Assembly: GCF_009914755.1 (NCBI RefSeq)
Contig: NC_060927.1
DNA: 64,000 bases
Direction: 5' to 3' (one strand)
DNA from: the human T2T-CHM13v2.0 reference genome, Homo sapiens
Shown in pieces: positions 1-12,107 of the stretch; position 1 is the stretch's first letter; every line of letters starts with the position of its first letter. Made by a program: the position numbers and the translations under genes. The notes below the pieces were generated by a model. It saw only the letters and a list, made by a program, of their open reading frames with translations. It did not search any database and was not told the DNA's origin.

Positions 1-1337
1 GAAAATGAGAACAAACTTAACATAAACCTAAAAAGACCCTTCATGAATGAAACACTTATTTCTCGAAAATGGATGTCACTTACATTTAAGAATCGTAACA
101 GTACAATGTGTGACATTGGCAAATGGTAAATGTAAAGACAAATGAGGTGTAGACGTTCAGCTAGAAATTAGACAAAATGTGAATGCAAACAAAATATCCT
201 CACTGAACACAGTTCCAAACATAGTATGTGGCAGCAGGAGAACTGAAGTTATTAACAGATAAGGTCTAATTTCCAATTTATCTATTGAGTTAATCCTGAA
301 ACCTATCCCACTTGCCTGTATTTACAAGGTAGGTCATCTTAGTTTTACCATGAGTTTTCACTATTTTAAGAGAGAAATCATGTTATGAAACATGGTACTG
401 ATAAGATACTTACATAAAGAGCTACACTTTTTTAATTTATTTTTCTCACTTTCTTTGCTAATTTACACCCATTGTTTCTGAGTAATCTGAAGAATGAGAC
501 ATTCCCATTTTTTTATGTATCATAATGTTTCTAAGATAACGCATGGACTTTTTAAAGAATTTCATGGTAGCAAATATTATGACTCAAAGTCAATATGACC
601 CTGGTTAACAAAAATGATCAAAAACTAGGAAATAAAGCTAACAGTAGTGGTAGCAATGGTGTATGTGGCGTGTCTGTTCAATACTGTACTAGAATTTTGT
701 TCCCCAAGCCCACTCAAGGATTATTTAATTCTCTAAAAGAACATATCTGTGTTTGGCTTTGCTATATACATTTTGATTATTGTACCACCACTGTCAAGTT
801 ATAGGTTAACTTGTAGTTTTTGTCTAGTACGAAAGAACCACTGAAGTTTATGGTTTAATTGTCCTGTGGGATACTAATCAGTCTTGTATAAAACCTAGTA
901 ATTTTATTCAAATATTCTCCCTCTCCAACTCCTTTTTAACAAAATGTCTAGAAGTACCCAGGTCCTCAAAATGCCCCTGGATTGCACTGGTTTCTTCATT
1001 AAAGACATATTAAATGTTGGTATATATTTATTCTGTATTTTTATTATAGTCATATTAACCCTTAGAAAGTAGTATTTTTCACTCCACCAAGCACCTGTGT
1101 AAGATTTTTTAAAAAAATAAACATTTGCCAATGTTTTGAGAGGTGAATTAACTCAAGTAAGGCATAACCAGTAATGCCAAAAATAGGTTTATGCCCCATG
1201 AATTATCTCTCCAGTGGTCTGCCAGCCACCCATAAAAGTACATTTTTAAGTTATATTATAGAATGAGTGAGATAAATAAAATGAATAATGAACGGCAGAC
1301 TTAAAAATTATGACATTTTCTTAATCTTCATAAAGCC

Positions 1338-1535
1338 TGTGATGGATTTTTCACTTGTCTACTTGGCTAAGGTGAACTACAGTCCCTCCCCACTTGTTCA
1401 AACACAGATCTAGATGCTGCTGTAAAGAGATTTTTCAGGCATAATTACAGTCCCTAATCAGTTGAGTTTAATTTTAGGAAATCATCTTGGGTGGGCCTAA
1501 CTTAACCAGTTTGAACACTTTAAAAGAAGACTGAG
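1338..1535 (+). mobile_element. MLT2-family ERVL LTR, 5' part
   Basis: Starts TGTGATGG...ACTTGGCTA; contains aatcagttgagtttaa...gggtgggcctaa...cagtttgaa, as I recall for MLT2 LTRs. Confidence 0.7.
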
Positions 1536-1547
1536 AAAGTCTTGTAC

Positions 1548-2098
1548 TTGGTGTTGGCTGCCAGCTGAGATCTTGGCTGAGACTGTCAGCTAGAACTCTA
1601 TTTTTTAAATTTTATTGTTTAAATTGACACACAGTCGATGTACATAGTTTTGAGGTACATGTGATAATGTAATACATTCATATTACTTAGCATTGGGATA
1701 TCCATCACCTTAAATATTTGTCTTTTCTTTATGCTAGATACATTTCAATTATTTTCTTCCATCAACTAGAACTCTTATAACTCACGGCTAGCCACTCCAC
1801 GTGATTTGGCTTCTCTCACAGCATGGCTGTTGGATTCCAAAGAAAAGCATCCCAGGAGAGGGTAAGTGGGTGTAGAGGGGGAGGAAGCAGGGGTGGGGAG
1901 CACACACCAACATGCATGAGGTGAATGCTATTCACTCCACCTGCACTGAGTGCATCCTACTCTATTCTCTATCCTAGTTTCAACAGAAGGAAGAGAAAAC
2001 AGACTCCACCTCCTGATAGTGTATGACAAGAATCTGGAACACCACAATGAACTAGAAATGCAGGTGTGGCCACTTTTGGAAAATGTAATTATGCCACA
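1548..2098 (-). mobile_element. MLT1 (H/G-like) MaLR LTR fragment, interrupted by an L1 3' end
   Basis: Ends gtggccacttttggaaaatgtaattatgccaca, the reverse complement of the MLT1H-type start; cagcatggct...ttccaaaga segment. Confidence 0.7.
1600..1761 (-). mobile_element. L1MA-type 3' end, strongly 5'-truncated
   Basis: T-tail followed by gtacatgtgata...gggatatccatcaccttaaatattt; flanked by TSD core CTAGAACTCT (1590-1599 and 1766-1775). Confidence 0.8.
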
Positions 2099-2992
2099 AC
2101 AATCTTTGACTATTTTTCTATTGTATCATTTTCATAATGGTTTTTAGAAACTTGGAATAAATTAGAGTCATTAGCCCTATGTACATAATATGAGTTGCAA
2201 ATATTTTTCCCTCAAACAAATGTATTTTTGTTATTCTTACGTATCTTTTATCTCAGAATTCTAAGTCCCTTGGAAGTATGCAAATTTTATTGAAGGGAAT
2301 TGAATTTTTAAAAGAAGCACTTGTAGAGGACATTTTCAATATTAGTGCTATCAGTTAAGTAATTTACAGTAACTCTTATGGTACCCAATCTTTCTCTCAC
2401 AGTGATATTTACAAGTTTAAACATTTTTTATCCCAAACAGAGTGGCCTCTGAATTTTCCTCCTAACAAGGAGCTTCATCTACTATAGCAACCATAATGAA
2501 AATGTTATTTAAAAATCAGACAAGAGCAACAGGGAAAGTCGGTGTTTGCTATTTAAATTGTTTTTGTATCAATGGGCTTAGAACACTGTGGAGCTATATC
2601 ATTTTATTCAGTTTTCTTTCATTTTAATGTCACTGAAAGGTCAAGCAATAATCCAGAGATCAATTTACCATCCCATGCACATTGCTTCCCTCCAATTTGG
2701 GAATATAAATTCAAATGTAAGATGGTCTTCACCCAAGCTCTTCCCGGCAAAAAAAAGTTAAGGCCTCAGATATTTTTATATCTACAGAGCAGAGAAGGCT
2801 TTACTTCAAATAAATGCTGTTGCAATTAGCCTGATGACCCTTCTTTTGCCTTTTAATATTTTGATATTAGCAGGTTCTACTTTTCCTCCTGATGCCGAAA
2901 AAACCATGTCATGTTAACAAATTCCTTAAATGTTGAACTCAGTCGGATCATCTATAAAATGCAACAATATCATCTCCCTACCTATCTGTTAA

Positions 2993-3362
<370 letters not shown>

Positions 3363-3664
3363 TGACAGTTTATTAGTATTGCTTTTAATACTTAGAACAC
3401 TGTTTGAGACACATATTAAGTGCTTAATAAATTTTACCTGGTGTTTTTGTGATATGCTTTATTTTATTTAAGAATTTAAGGGGATCAAGTGTGGAAAGAG
3501 AAGACCTACCATCTCATCATCAAGTATTATGTGCATATAGCATGAGAGGAAGAGAGAAGAAAAATGGGGAGACAAAGAAGGAAAAGGAAAAGAAAGGATT
3601 CAGGGTTCTCTGATTATCTCTGTGCAGGTAAGCTGAGGGAAACTGCACACACTTCATCAGCACC

Positions 3665-4350
3665 AGCTGGGTTCCCATCCAGCCTCTTTCATTTACTACT
3701 GATATGACCTTGGGAAAGATACATAACCCCTCTGTATCAGTTATCTATTGCTACTTGACAAATTAACCCCTAAAATTCAGTGGCTTCAAACCACCATAAA
3801 TATTTAGTATCTTATACAGGTTCTGCAGGTCATGAAGTTTGGAAGCTGATTAGCTGAGTGGTTCTGACTCAAGGTCTCTGGGAAACTGGAGTCACAACAC
3901 CCACCAGGTTGGGAATAATCTGCAGACTTGGCTGAAGCTGAAGCATCCACCTCAGGTTCACTTACAAGGCTGGAAGTTGGCGCTGGCTGTTGGAAAGAAA
4001 CTTTATTCCTTGCTAGAGGAAGCTCTCCATAAAGCTGTTTAAGTGTTCTCACAAAATGGTGACTAGCTTTTCCCAAAATGAGTAAGATTTTATGACCTAG
4101 ACTCTGAAGACGCACACTGTTGCTTTCACTGTATTCTACTGGTCAAAGAGATAACATAATACAAGGTGGGAGGAGATGTCACTAGGAGGAGAATTTTAAA
4201 AGGTAAGGATCACTGGAAGCCACCTGGAAGGCTGGCTACCGTGCCCTCAAAGTCTCTGATCCAGCATCTATAAAATGAGAATAATAATGACTTCTACCTC
4301 ACAATGTTGGTGGAAAGATTAAATGACACCATGTATTCAAAGTGACTGTG
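3665..4350 (+). mobile_element. MIR split by an MLT1F insertion
   Basis: tgaccttgggaaag...aacccctctg (to 3732) resumes as catctataaaatgagaataataatg...gattaaatga after 4243. Confidence 0.7.
3733..4243 (-). mobile_element. MLT1F-like MaLR solo LTR
   Basis: Starts tgtatcagttatctattgct, ends ggatcactggaagccacctggaaggctggctacc (reverse of the MLT1F 5' end). Confidence 0.8.
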
Positions 4351-4412
4351 GTCCAGCACTTGCTCCACGAATTGCAAACCTCCTTAATCATTCTGTTTTC
4401 TAGGTTCTGGCA

Positions 4413-4414
<2 letters not shown>

Positions 4415-4445
<31 letters not shown>
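4415..4445. repeat. (TG)n microsatellite
   Basis: About 15 perfect GT units. Confidence 0.95.
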
Positions 4446-4446
<1 letters not shown>

Positions 4447-4477
4447 AGGGGGGTGTGGGTGTGTGCACGCACACATG

Positions 4478-4950
4478 CCTGGGTCCATTTGGCCACCTGA
4501 TGAAGTCTGTGTACAACTTCCAAAAATCATACTTTTAAAAAAAAGTACATAGGATTATGAGAATACAGATTATACTAGAACATAGCCATGAAAATATTTT
4601 AAAATATATGTAATACACTAATATTTGTTTCTTTATTAAGACATTATACAATGAAACCCAATGGAAGCTTTAACAACTATATCTTCAAAGGAATGATAAG
4701 CACAAATGTTTTGGGATACATATAATAACTGAAATATGATTAGACAGTATCTGTGATTTCTATTGGTGAGAAAGTCACAAGTACTGCCAATGCCACCGTG
4801 GTCTTTTGCCTATATTCACACTTGAAAGAAAGGCTAAAATCTACTCAGAGGTTAGTGTAAGTGAAGATATCATTTTTTTAATCCAAGTTTAAAGTTTTCA
4901 TAAACACTCTCCACAAACCCAATGGGGTTCACCGGACCCTGGACTAAACT
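4478..4950. mobile_element. Charlie4a-like hAT DNA transposon fossil
   Basis: atctgtgatttctattggtgagaaagtcacaagtactg...cagaggttagtg matches recalled Charlie4a. Confidence 0.75.
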
Positions 4951-6075
4951 TAATTTACTTTAAAAGAAAGAGGAGGAAAGAAGAATAAGAAGACCATTCT
5001 AGTATTTAATATTCTCTACAAATAATTTTCTTCCTATTAAATTTCCTACTGTACACAGGAACATCTGTTCTCCATGGTTCTCTCATTTCAAAATGATCAC
5101 TCATTTCATTGGACATATACCTACATAATACTTTCATTTAAACATATTTTAATGAATCTTTAGACCTAGATAAATGGATTTACAGAAGTGCTACATTAAA
5201 AGGCCATTTTAAGTTTGGGATCGAAAGGACCTTTAATTTATAGCTCCAGAAAATATCCATTCCATGGCTCAAAGATCCTTGTGGATTATAAAAGAGGAAA
5301 CGACTAACAGAAAAGGAATTATTCACCACATTATTAAACATGACAAAAAGCTTCTGAATTGGAGCTTAAAACGGGCTATTTAAGATTCCAGCAATCCCTA
5401 GGACTTTGGCAACAAAAATGTTCAAAAGCCTTTTATAGTTGCTGTCAGATTTCTGTAAAGCATTTGAGATTCCTGTGAACTTATTTATATAACAAGCTAA
5501 AACCTGAAGCTGACTTGAAAGTCTTTCTATTCTAATTATGTAGAAATGGAAATGCCTAGAAATGATGTTCCGTGTTCTCCCAAGAATATCCTCTTGAAAT
5601 GGTGGTTTCAGAACCGGGTATTTAGAAGAAGGAATGAGAGTGTAGCTGCTATGGTTTATTACACGGAACCATTACAGCAGATATACAAACTATAGTTTAG
5701 CAAAGTGGCTTCAAAGAACTGCCATTTAGTTATTCTCTCTGCAGCAGCACATTCTAAATGACTGTTCATATTGTTCCCTCCTGGCCCACTACAGTGGTTT
5801 ATTTCTGAAGCTCTATAGTTCATGTGTAATCATGTAGCAAAGTAATTCACGATATAATGACCCACCAGGATCTCAGCTGATTGTGGTTCTTATCACAATA
5901 CTGTTTCTGATGCTATGCGTGGCTTTCCAAAGCCAACTTTTTAACCTCTTATGCTTCAGCATTCCAATTTGACACCAGGCCCCTCTGTGTTCCGAGAAGT
6001 CAGCACATACCCTAAGCTAGAAATGCTAGGAGATATTCCAACAGAAAAAATAAGATGGGTTTTGGGAAAGAGTAC

Positions 6076-6395
6076 TGTGCTTGACAGCTTCTAAAATGGC
6101 TCCTAATCAGCCCACCACCTCCTGCTATTCACACCCTTATGTAATCTTCTCTCACTTTGAATGTGGGCTGGACCTAGTTATTTCCTTTTAACAAATAGAA
6201 ATGTGATTTGTTTATAAATGACTGTGACTTCATCCTTTTCACCCTTTCTCTGCCCTCTTCCTGCTTGATGAGACAAGGCAAGCTGACCTATGGAGAGCCT
6301 CATGTGGCAGAGAACTGAGACCAACAGTCAACAACCCTAGAAGAACTGAGTCCTGCCAACAACCGTGTGAGTGAATCTGGAAGTGGAATGTCTCT
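6076..6395 (+). mobile_element. MLT1F/F2-like LTR, 3'-truncated
   Basis: cagcttctaaaatggctcc...gtgggctggacctagt...gaactgagtcctgccaacaacc. Confidence 0.75.
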
Positions 6396-6834
6396 AATCC
6401 TGACAATAAGATATTGACACCAACAGCAGAGATGTTAAAACATGTAGGGTCTCAGACCTTATCAAGGAAAGGTCTAGAAAAGGAATATGAAACCATTTTT
6501 TTCTAGTTCCAAAGCCTGTGCTTCATTCACTGCATTACACTGTGTCTCCAAATGAGTCCTGTTCCAAATACTGAATTGGGTTTTGCCTGTTTGGAAGTTG
6601 GAACTCATTTCCCTAGAGATAAAATGGCATAACTGAAATTAACAGAGATCTGACACAATAGCAGAGAGGGGAAGACAGAGGACTTGGGGTGGGAGGGCTC
6701 ACAAAGGTGGCTGTGCCAAGAACTCCTGAGTCTTAGCAGTCTGATCCAGGCAGCTCATGGGGGCTGGAGGAGTGAAGTCCAAAGGCTGGACTGAGAAAAT
6801 CACTTCCTGATTTGAGTTAGCTTTTACTTGATAC

Positions 6835-7897
6835 TAGGATCTTTGTGGATTAATTAATTAAAAATCTCCAGATGAGACTAAAGCGGCCTCATTGTCTGGG
6901 ATGATAATCAGGTTCATTGTCTCACAGCTGAGGAAATCAAGGCTGCAGACACACAAGGAGTGAGGTTAAATGGGGAAGTTTAATAGGCCAAAGAAAGAGA
7001 ATAGCTCTCTGCTGGGGAGAGGGGTTCTGGAAAAATGGGTTGCCGGTCCACAGGGAAATACAGGGGGTTTTATAGATACCTGGTGAGGAGGCAGAGTCTG
7101 ATTTACATAGGGTGAAAGACTAGTTGGACCAGGTGTGCCATTTGTATAGGGCATGAAAAACCGGTTAGGACTAGGTTTGCCATTTGCATAGGATGCAAAT
7201 TTCTGGTCGCCTCCACCCTAATCTTTTATTATGCTGTCACGTCCTCTATCTGAGCTGTGCCATGTTGCCCGTTTCTTTACTGTACATATGGTAACAACAA
7301 AAAAAGGGAAGATGGAGCCTCCATGTCGGACATGCCTGGGCCCCAGGTAGCCCTTTTCTGTTAGCACAGCTGCCAGCATTCCCCTGTGCAAGCTTCCAGC
7401 TTGCTTATTTATGTTTTCAGCTCGATTTTTCAGGCTGCTCTTTGGTAGGAAAAAAATAATTTCTTGGGATGCTTTTCATTAGAAAGAAAATTCTGCTGAG
7501 AACTCTTTTACCCTTACTATCTGCTTAAATAATTTCTTTCCACTTCCTGTGTCAAAATTATCCATATTTAGAGTGAGCCTTAAATCCAATGACTGGTATC
7601 TTTATGAGAGAAAGGACTGGGAGATTTGGGCACAGTGACCCAGAGGAAAAGATCACATGGAAAGAGAGGAAAGAATGGAGCCAGAGTGCCACAGCCTAGG
7701 AATATCAGGAGCCACTAGAAGCTCGAAGAGGCAAGGAAGTATGCTCCCCTGAAGACTTCCCATGGAGTCTGGCCCTGTCCATATCTTGATTTCAGATTTT
7801 TGGCCTCCAGAACTGTGAGATGATAGATTCCGGTGATTTTTAAGCCACCAAGTTTGTGATAATTTGGCACAGCAGCCCTTAGAAATGACTACCAACA
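6835..7897 (+). mobile_element. MLT1B/C-like LTR interrupted by MER50
   Basis: taaatccaatgactggtatctttat...ggcctccagaactgtgaga...taagccaccaagtttgtgataatt; 5' piece at 6835-6878. Confidence 0.8.
6879..7554 (-). mobile_element. MER50 ERV1 solo LTR
   Basis: gcaagcttccagcttgctta...tttttcaggctgctctttg...aaataatttctttc...tgtgtca matches reverse of recalled MER50. Confidence 0.85.
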
Positions 7898-10159
7898 CCA
7901 GTGATACTAATATTCAACTAGACGTGAGAGCCACCACTTGAAGCTGTGGCGCCAACCTTGCCAGGTGAACTGTTATTGAGCTCAAGGTAGGGCCCAGGTG
8001 GAAATCACTAGCAATGAGAACACCAGCTGCAATAATCACCAGAAAACCACCTTCATCTTCAAAACAAAATATTAAAAACCCACTGTGTTAAAAAGTCTTT
8101 TTTTAAGCAAGGCTGTTGTGAGACGCTTCGAAATAGTTGAATATAAACCAAGACCTATATTATACTGTAGTCGGATATCATCTCAGGATTAGCATACTGT
8201 GAGCAAATCCTCAACACGTTGGGAGTTCCCCTTCCCCTTCCAGATAAAAGTTGAAAAGCCTGAGAAAATCAGGGGTGTCCTCCTAACTTGGATGTTAGCT
8301 GCCGTCCATTTCTCTTGAGGTTTTCCTTTCTTTCTTTAACTTTTACAACCAAATATTTATAGTTAGTCCTGCTCTAAGAAAGCCTTAGAAGCCAGGATAA
8401 GAGCATATAATACTCAGAACAAAACTGTGTGAAACAGCCATATTATTCTATCTGTGACTTGATAATTAGATGTAACTAAATTGCCGGCCAAGATATCCCA
8501 TACCCAAGCAATTATAGACACCAACTAACGAAGACAGGAAATCAAAGAATGAAAGCTGAATGCCATCAGTGGACATATCAGAAAACATCAAGAAAAGCTT
8601 TCTATGAAGAAAAAAAGTGTGCAACTCTTTTAAAGAAAGCCTAGTCATAAAATGAAATTGAAATGTGTATTTTTTTGTTTTATTGGCTTTATTTCAAATG
8701 GCTATTATTAAATCCTGATAGTCAATTAAAAAACATTCACCAAACTAGAAATCTGCTGAAGTATACATGTATAAGCATGCCTAAATATATTACAAACTAT
8801 TGAATTGAAACATTAAAACATTCTCCATAGCAACACTAAATCAAACTGATATTTCATTTTGGTTCCCCTGATGCCAATACATATAGTACATTAAACCCAC
8901 AGCTTTCAGAGCATAAAAATGTCTTTGAAAACATACGTAATCTAGAGATGATGTTCAAATATAGTATAATATACACCTTGGTTTATAGTTATTATTTCTT
9001 TCCCAAGATTACATTTCTATGAGAAAGAAGAGGAGCCTAAATATGATATAGGGTCATTAATTTTAATAATGAAAACAGAAATTTTGACTTTGCCAGTTCT
9101 GACCATTGGGGAATCTGTGCCCATAGTAATAGATTACTCATGTCTTACTTGCACTTTTCCCAAAAATCTCAAGTCAAAGACCACAGAATTTATACGCTAG
9201 AAAATATAAGAAAAAAGGACACAGAAGCTAAACAAGAAAAGAAGAGGAAAAATATTCCAGTTATGGCTTCAAAGTCACTAATTTCCATGGAAGGAGATTA
9301 AGCGTATACTTTATCGACCTTCTCTGCCAGCAAACAACGTTTTATTCATGTCACTTAATGGGGAAGGAGGTCAGGTACAGATCTGAAGGTCACCTAACTA
9401 TATGCTTTCTTCCACAGTATTATAGGGCATAGGGAAAGAGCCTAAAATATGCCTGCTGGTTGGAATTGAAAATGAAACGGTCCCTTGTTTAATGCCATAA
9501 AAAGTATCCTGAGAAAGTGTAGCTCTTAGGCTTTTCCTCTCCGAGGATTTAGGGAAAATCAACAGTGCCCACTGGACAAAACCACTTTAGATAAAGAGGA
9601 ATGGCAAATTTAAGGGCTCACAAAATGTACTTAAAAGTTTAGAAATTGGGCTTTCAAATTATACCAGTCAAGTTTTACATGAATTAAGTCCTATTTTGAG
9701 CTAGGATGCATCATTATGGGAGGTAAACCAAAATCTTAAAAAATATATTAGTTTAGAATGAGAACTGTGCCTCAGGAGGTGCCATGGAATTCACTAGGAG
9801 GTAAACCTACTGCAAATTACATTTTAAAAAGCAATCTCAGCAATATATTCTTCTCTAAAACCACAAATTCATTTTGAATCAATATTTGTTATGAGTCCTT
9901 TTCAACATTTTTCCAGGAGCAACACAGCACTGTGTCTTCAGGGGTCGAAGAGGGAATCTACAGGACTTAAAAAAGCATAGGGAGTGAATATGGGGTCATA
10001 GCTTCTGTCATTGTTGAAAAGAGATGCCAGTAAGTTCTATGCATTAAAACAGACCACGCAAAGCACATCTGATGGAATAAGATAAATAACATAACAGATT
10101 CACTCTTGCATGTCCAAGCGTACTTTTGAGATGGTGAAATGCATTTGATGCACTGAAAC

Positions 10160-10310
10160 ATGAAACCATCAAAATCTACAGCTGGAAGGGACCTCAGAGA
10201 TGAATCATTTGAAAGCCCTCCAGAGGAACCCAGGTTCCAGGAAATATGAAGAACGTGACCAAGGTCACAAGTTAGCTGGCAGCAGAACTTGCACCAGAAT
10301 ACTGATCTAA
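10160..10310 (-). mobile_element. MIR/MIR3 fragment
   Basis: gctggaagggacctcagaga...ccaaggtcacaagttag. Confidence 0.6.
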
Positions 10311-10902
10311 TTTTATTATATACACTTTTAGTTTCTAAACACCAAGAGGCATGAATTTACAAACAATGAGTACAGCCACATGCTGTGCCTAAAATAACAA
10401 TTACAAAAGTAAACCTACAGCCTCAGTTAAATTACTTACCTGTGTTTTTCCCCCACCATACAGAACATTACCATTCGCACAAAGGTCCCTCATGTTGCCC
10501 CTTTCTGGCCACATTAATTTGCTCCCGCCCTCACTCCTCTAACCATCCTTAATCACTGCCAACCACTCATCTGTTCTCCATTTCTATACTTTTGTCATTT
10601 TAAGGATGTTATATAAATGGAATCATACAACATATAACCTTTTGAAATTGGCTTTTTACGCTCAGTGAAGTTCTCTGGAGATTAAGCTGTATGTATCAAT
10701 AGTTCATCTGAATGCAGAATAGCCTCCGTGGTATGGATGTACCACAGTTCATTTAACTATTCACCTGCAGAAGGACATCTGGATTGCTTCTAGTTTTTGG
10801 CCATTATGAATAAAGCTGCTAGGAACATTTGTGTAACGGTTTTTGTGTGGATCCAAGTTTTTGTGTTTCTTGGATAAATGACCATGATCACAAATGCTGG
10901 GT

Positions 10903-11520
10903 TGTCTCAGTCCGCTTGTGTCGCTATAAAGGAATACATGAGTAGCCAGGTCAGTGGCACAGGCCTGTAGTCCCAGCTACTCAGAAGGCTGAGGTGAAAA
11001 GATCTGTTGAGCCCAGGAGTTTGAGGCTACAGTGGGCTATGATTACACCTGTGAATAGCCACTGCACTCCACCCTGGGCAACACAGAAAAAGAAATCTCT
11101 TAAAAAATAGATATAAAGGAAGACCTGAAACTGGGTAACTTACAAAGAAAAAAGGTTTATTTGGCTCACGGTTCTGCAGGGTTTACAAGCAGCATGATGC
11201 TAACATCTGCTTCTGATGAGAACCTCAGGAAGCTCCCACTCATAGCTGAAGGAGAAGGGGAGCCAGCATGTAGAGATCACATACATGGCGAGACAGGAAG
11301 CAAGAGAGAGGGTAAAGGTGCCAGGTAGTTTTTGAGCAACCAGCTCTCAGGGAAATGCTCCAGGAACTAAGAGTGAGAAGTTGCTCATTGCTACCCGGAC
11401 AGCACTAAGCCATTCATGAGGGATCTGCCACCATGACCCAAACACCTCCCATTAGGCCCCATCTCTAACAGTGGGGATCAAATTTTGACGTGAGGATTGG
11501 AGGCTATTCAAACTGTAGTA
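10903..11520 (-). mobile_element. MSTB-like MaLR solo LTR (contains FAM)
   Basis: tgtctcagtcc...gctataaaggaatac; ggctcacggttctgcagg; ccattcatgagggatctgcc...ggggatcaaattt; ends attcaaactgtagta. Confidence 0.85.
10944..11111 (+). mobile_element. FAM (fossil Alu monomer)
   Basis: Single arm with the 7SL-derived cctgtgaatagccactgcactcca segment; 17-bp TSD TATAAAGGAA(t/g)AC(a/c)TGA at 10925-10941 and 11112-11128. Confidence 0.85.
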
Positions 11521-11692
11521 GGTTGTAAGGCAGTTATATGTTTAGTTTTTAAGAAACTACTAAACTGTCTATCAAGCGTGACTGTATCATTTTACATTCT
11601 TACCAGCAAAGATGCAAAAGCAGTTTAATAGAGAAAGGATAGCTTTTCCAACAAATGGTGCTAACGCAGCTGGGCATACATAGGAAGGAGGG

Positions 11693-12050
11693 TGATATGG
11701 TTTGGCTGTGTCCCCACCCAAATCTCATCTTGAATTGTAGCTCCCATGATTCCCACGTGTTGTGGGAGGGACCAGGTGGGAGATAATTAAATCACGGGGG
11801 TAGTTTCCCTCATACTGTTCTTGTGATAGTGAAGAAGTCTCACAAGATCTGATGGTTTTATAAGGAGTTTCCCCTTTCGCTTGGCTCATTCTTTCTCACC
11901 TCCTTTCATGTAAGATGTGCCTTTCACCTTCTGCCATGATTGTGTGGCCTCCCCAGCCACGTGGAACTGTGAGTCCATTAAACCTCTTTTTCTTTATAAA
12001 TTACCAATCTTCGGTATGTTCTTATCAGCAGTGTGAAATGGACTAATATA
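11693..12050 (+). mobile_element. THE1B-like MaLR solo LTR
   Basis: tgatatggtttggctgtgtccccacccaaatctcatcttgaattgta...ggactaatata; perfect 5-bp TSD GAGGG (11688-11692, 12051-12055). Confidence 0.92.
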
Positions 12051-12107
12051 GAGGGGAAGGGGGGAAGGAGGAGGGGAAAGAAGAGGAGGAACAGGGAAGC
12101 AAGAAGA
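12051..12107. repeat. GA-rich low-complexity polypurine tract
   Basis: gaggggaagggggaaggaggaggggaaagaagaggagga... Confidence 0.85.

Noticed and set aside
7319-7337. p53 site in MER50 (ctccatgtc-ggacatgcct)
   Set aside because: CATG cores are 5 bp apart rather than the canonical 6; only one valid half-site
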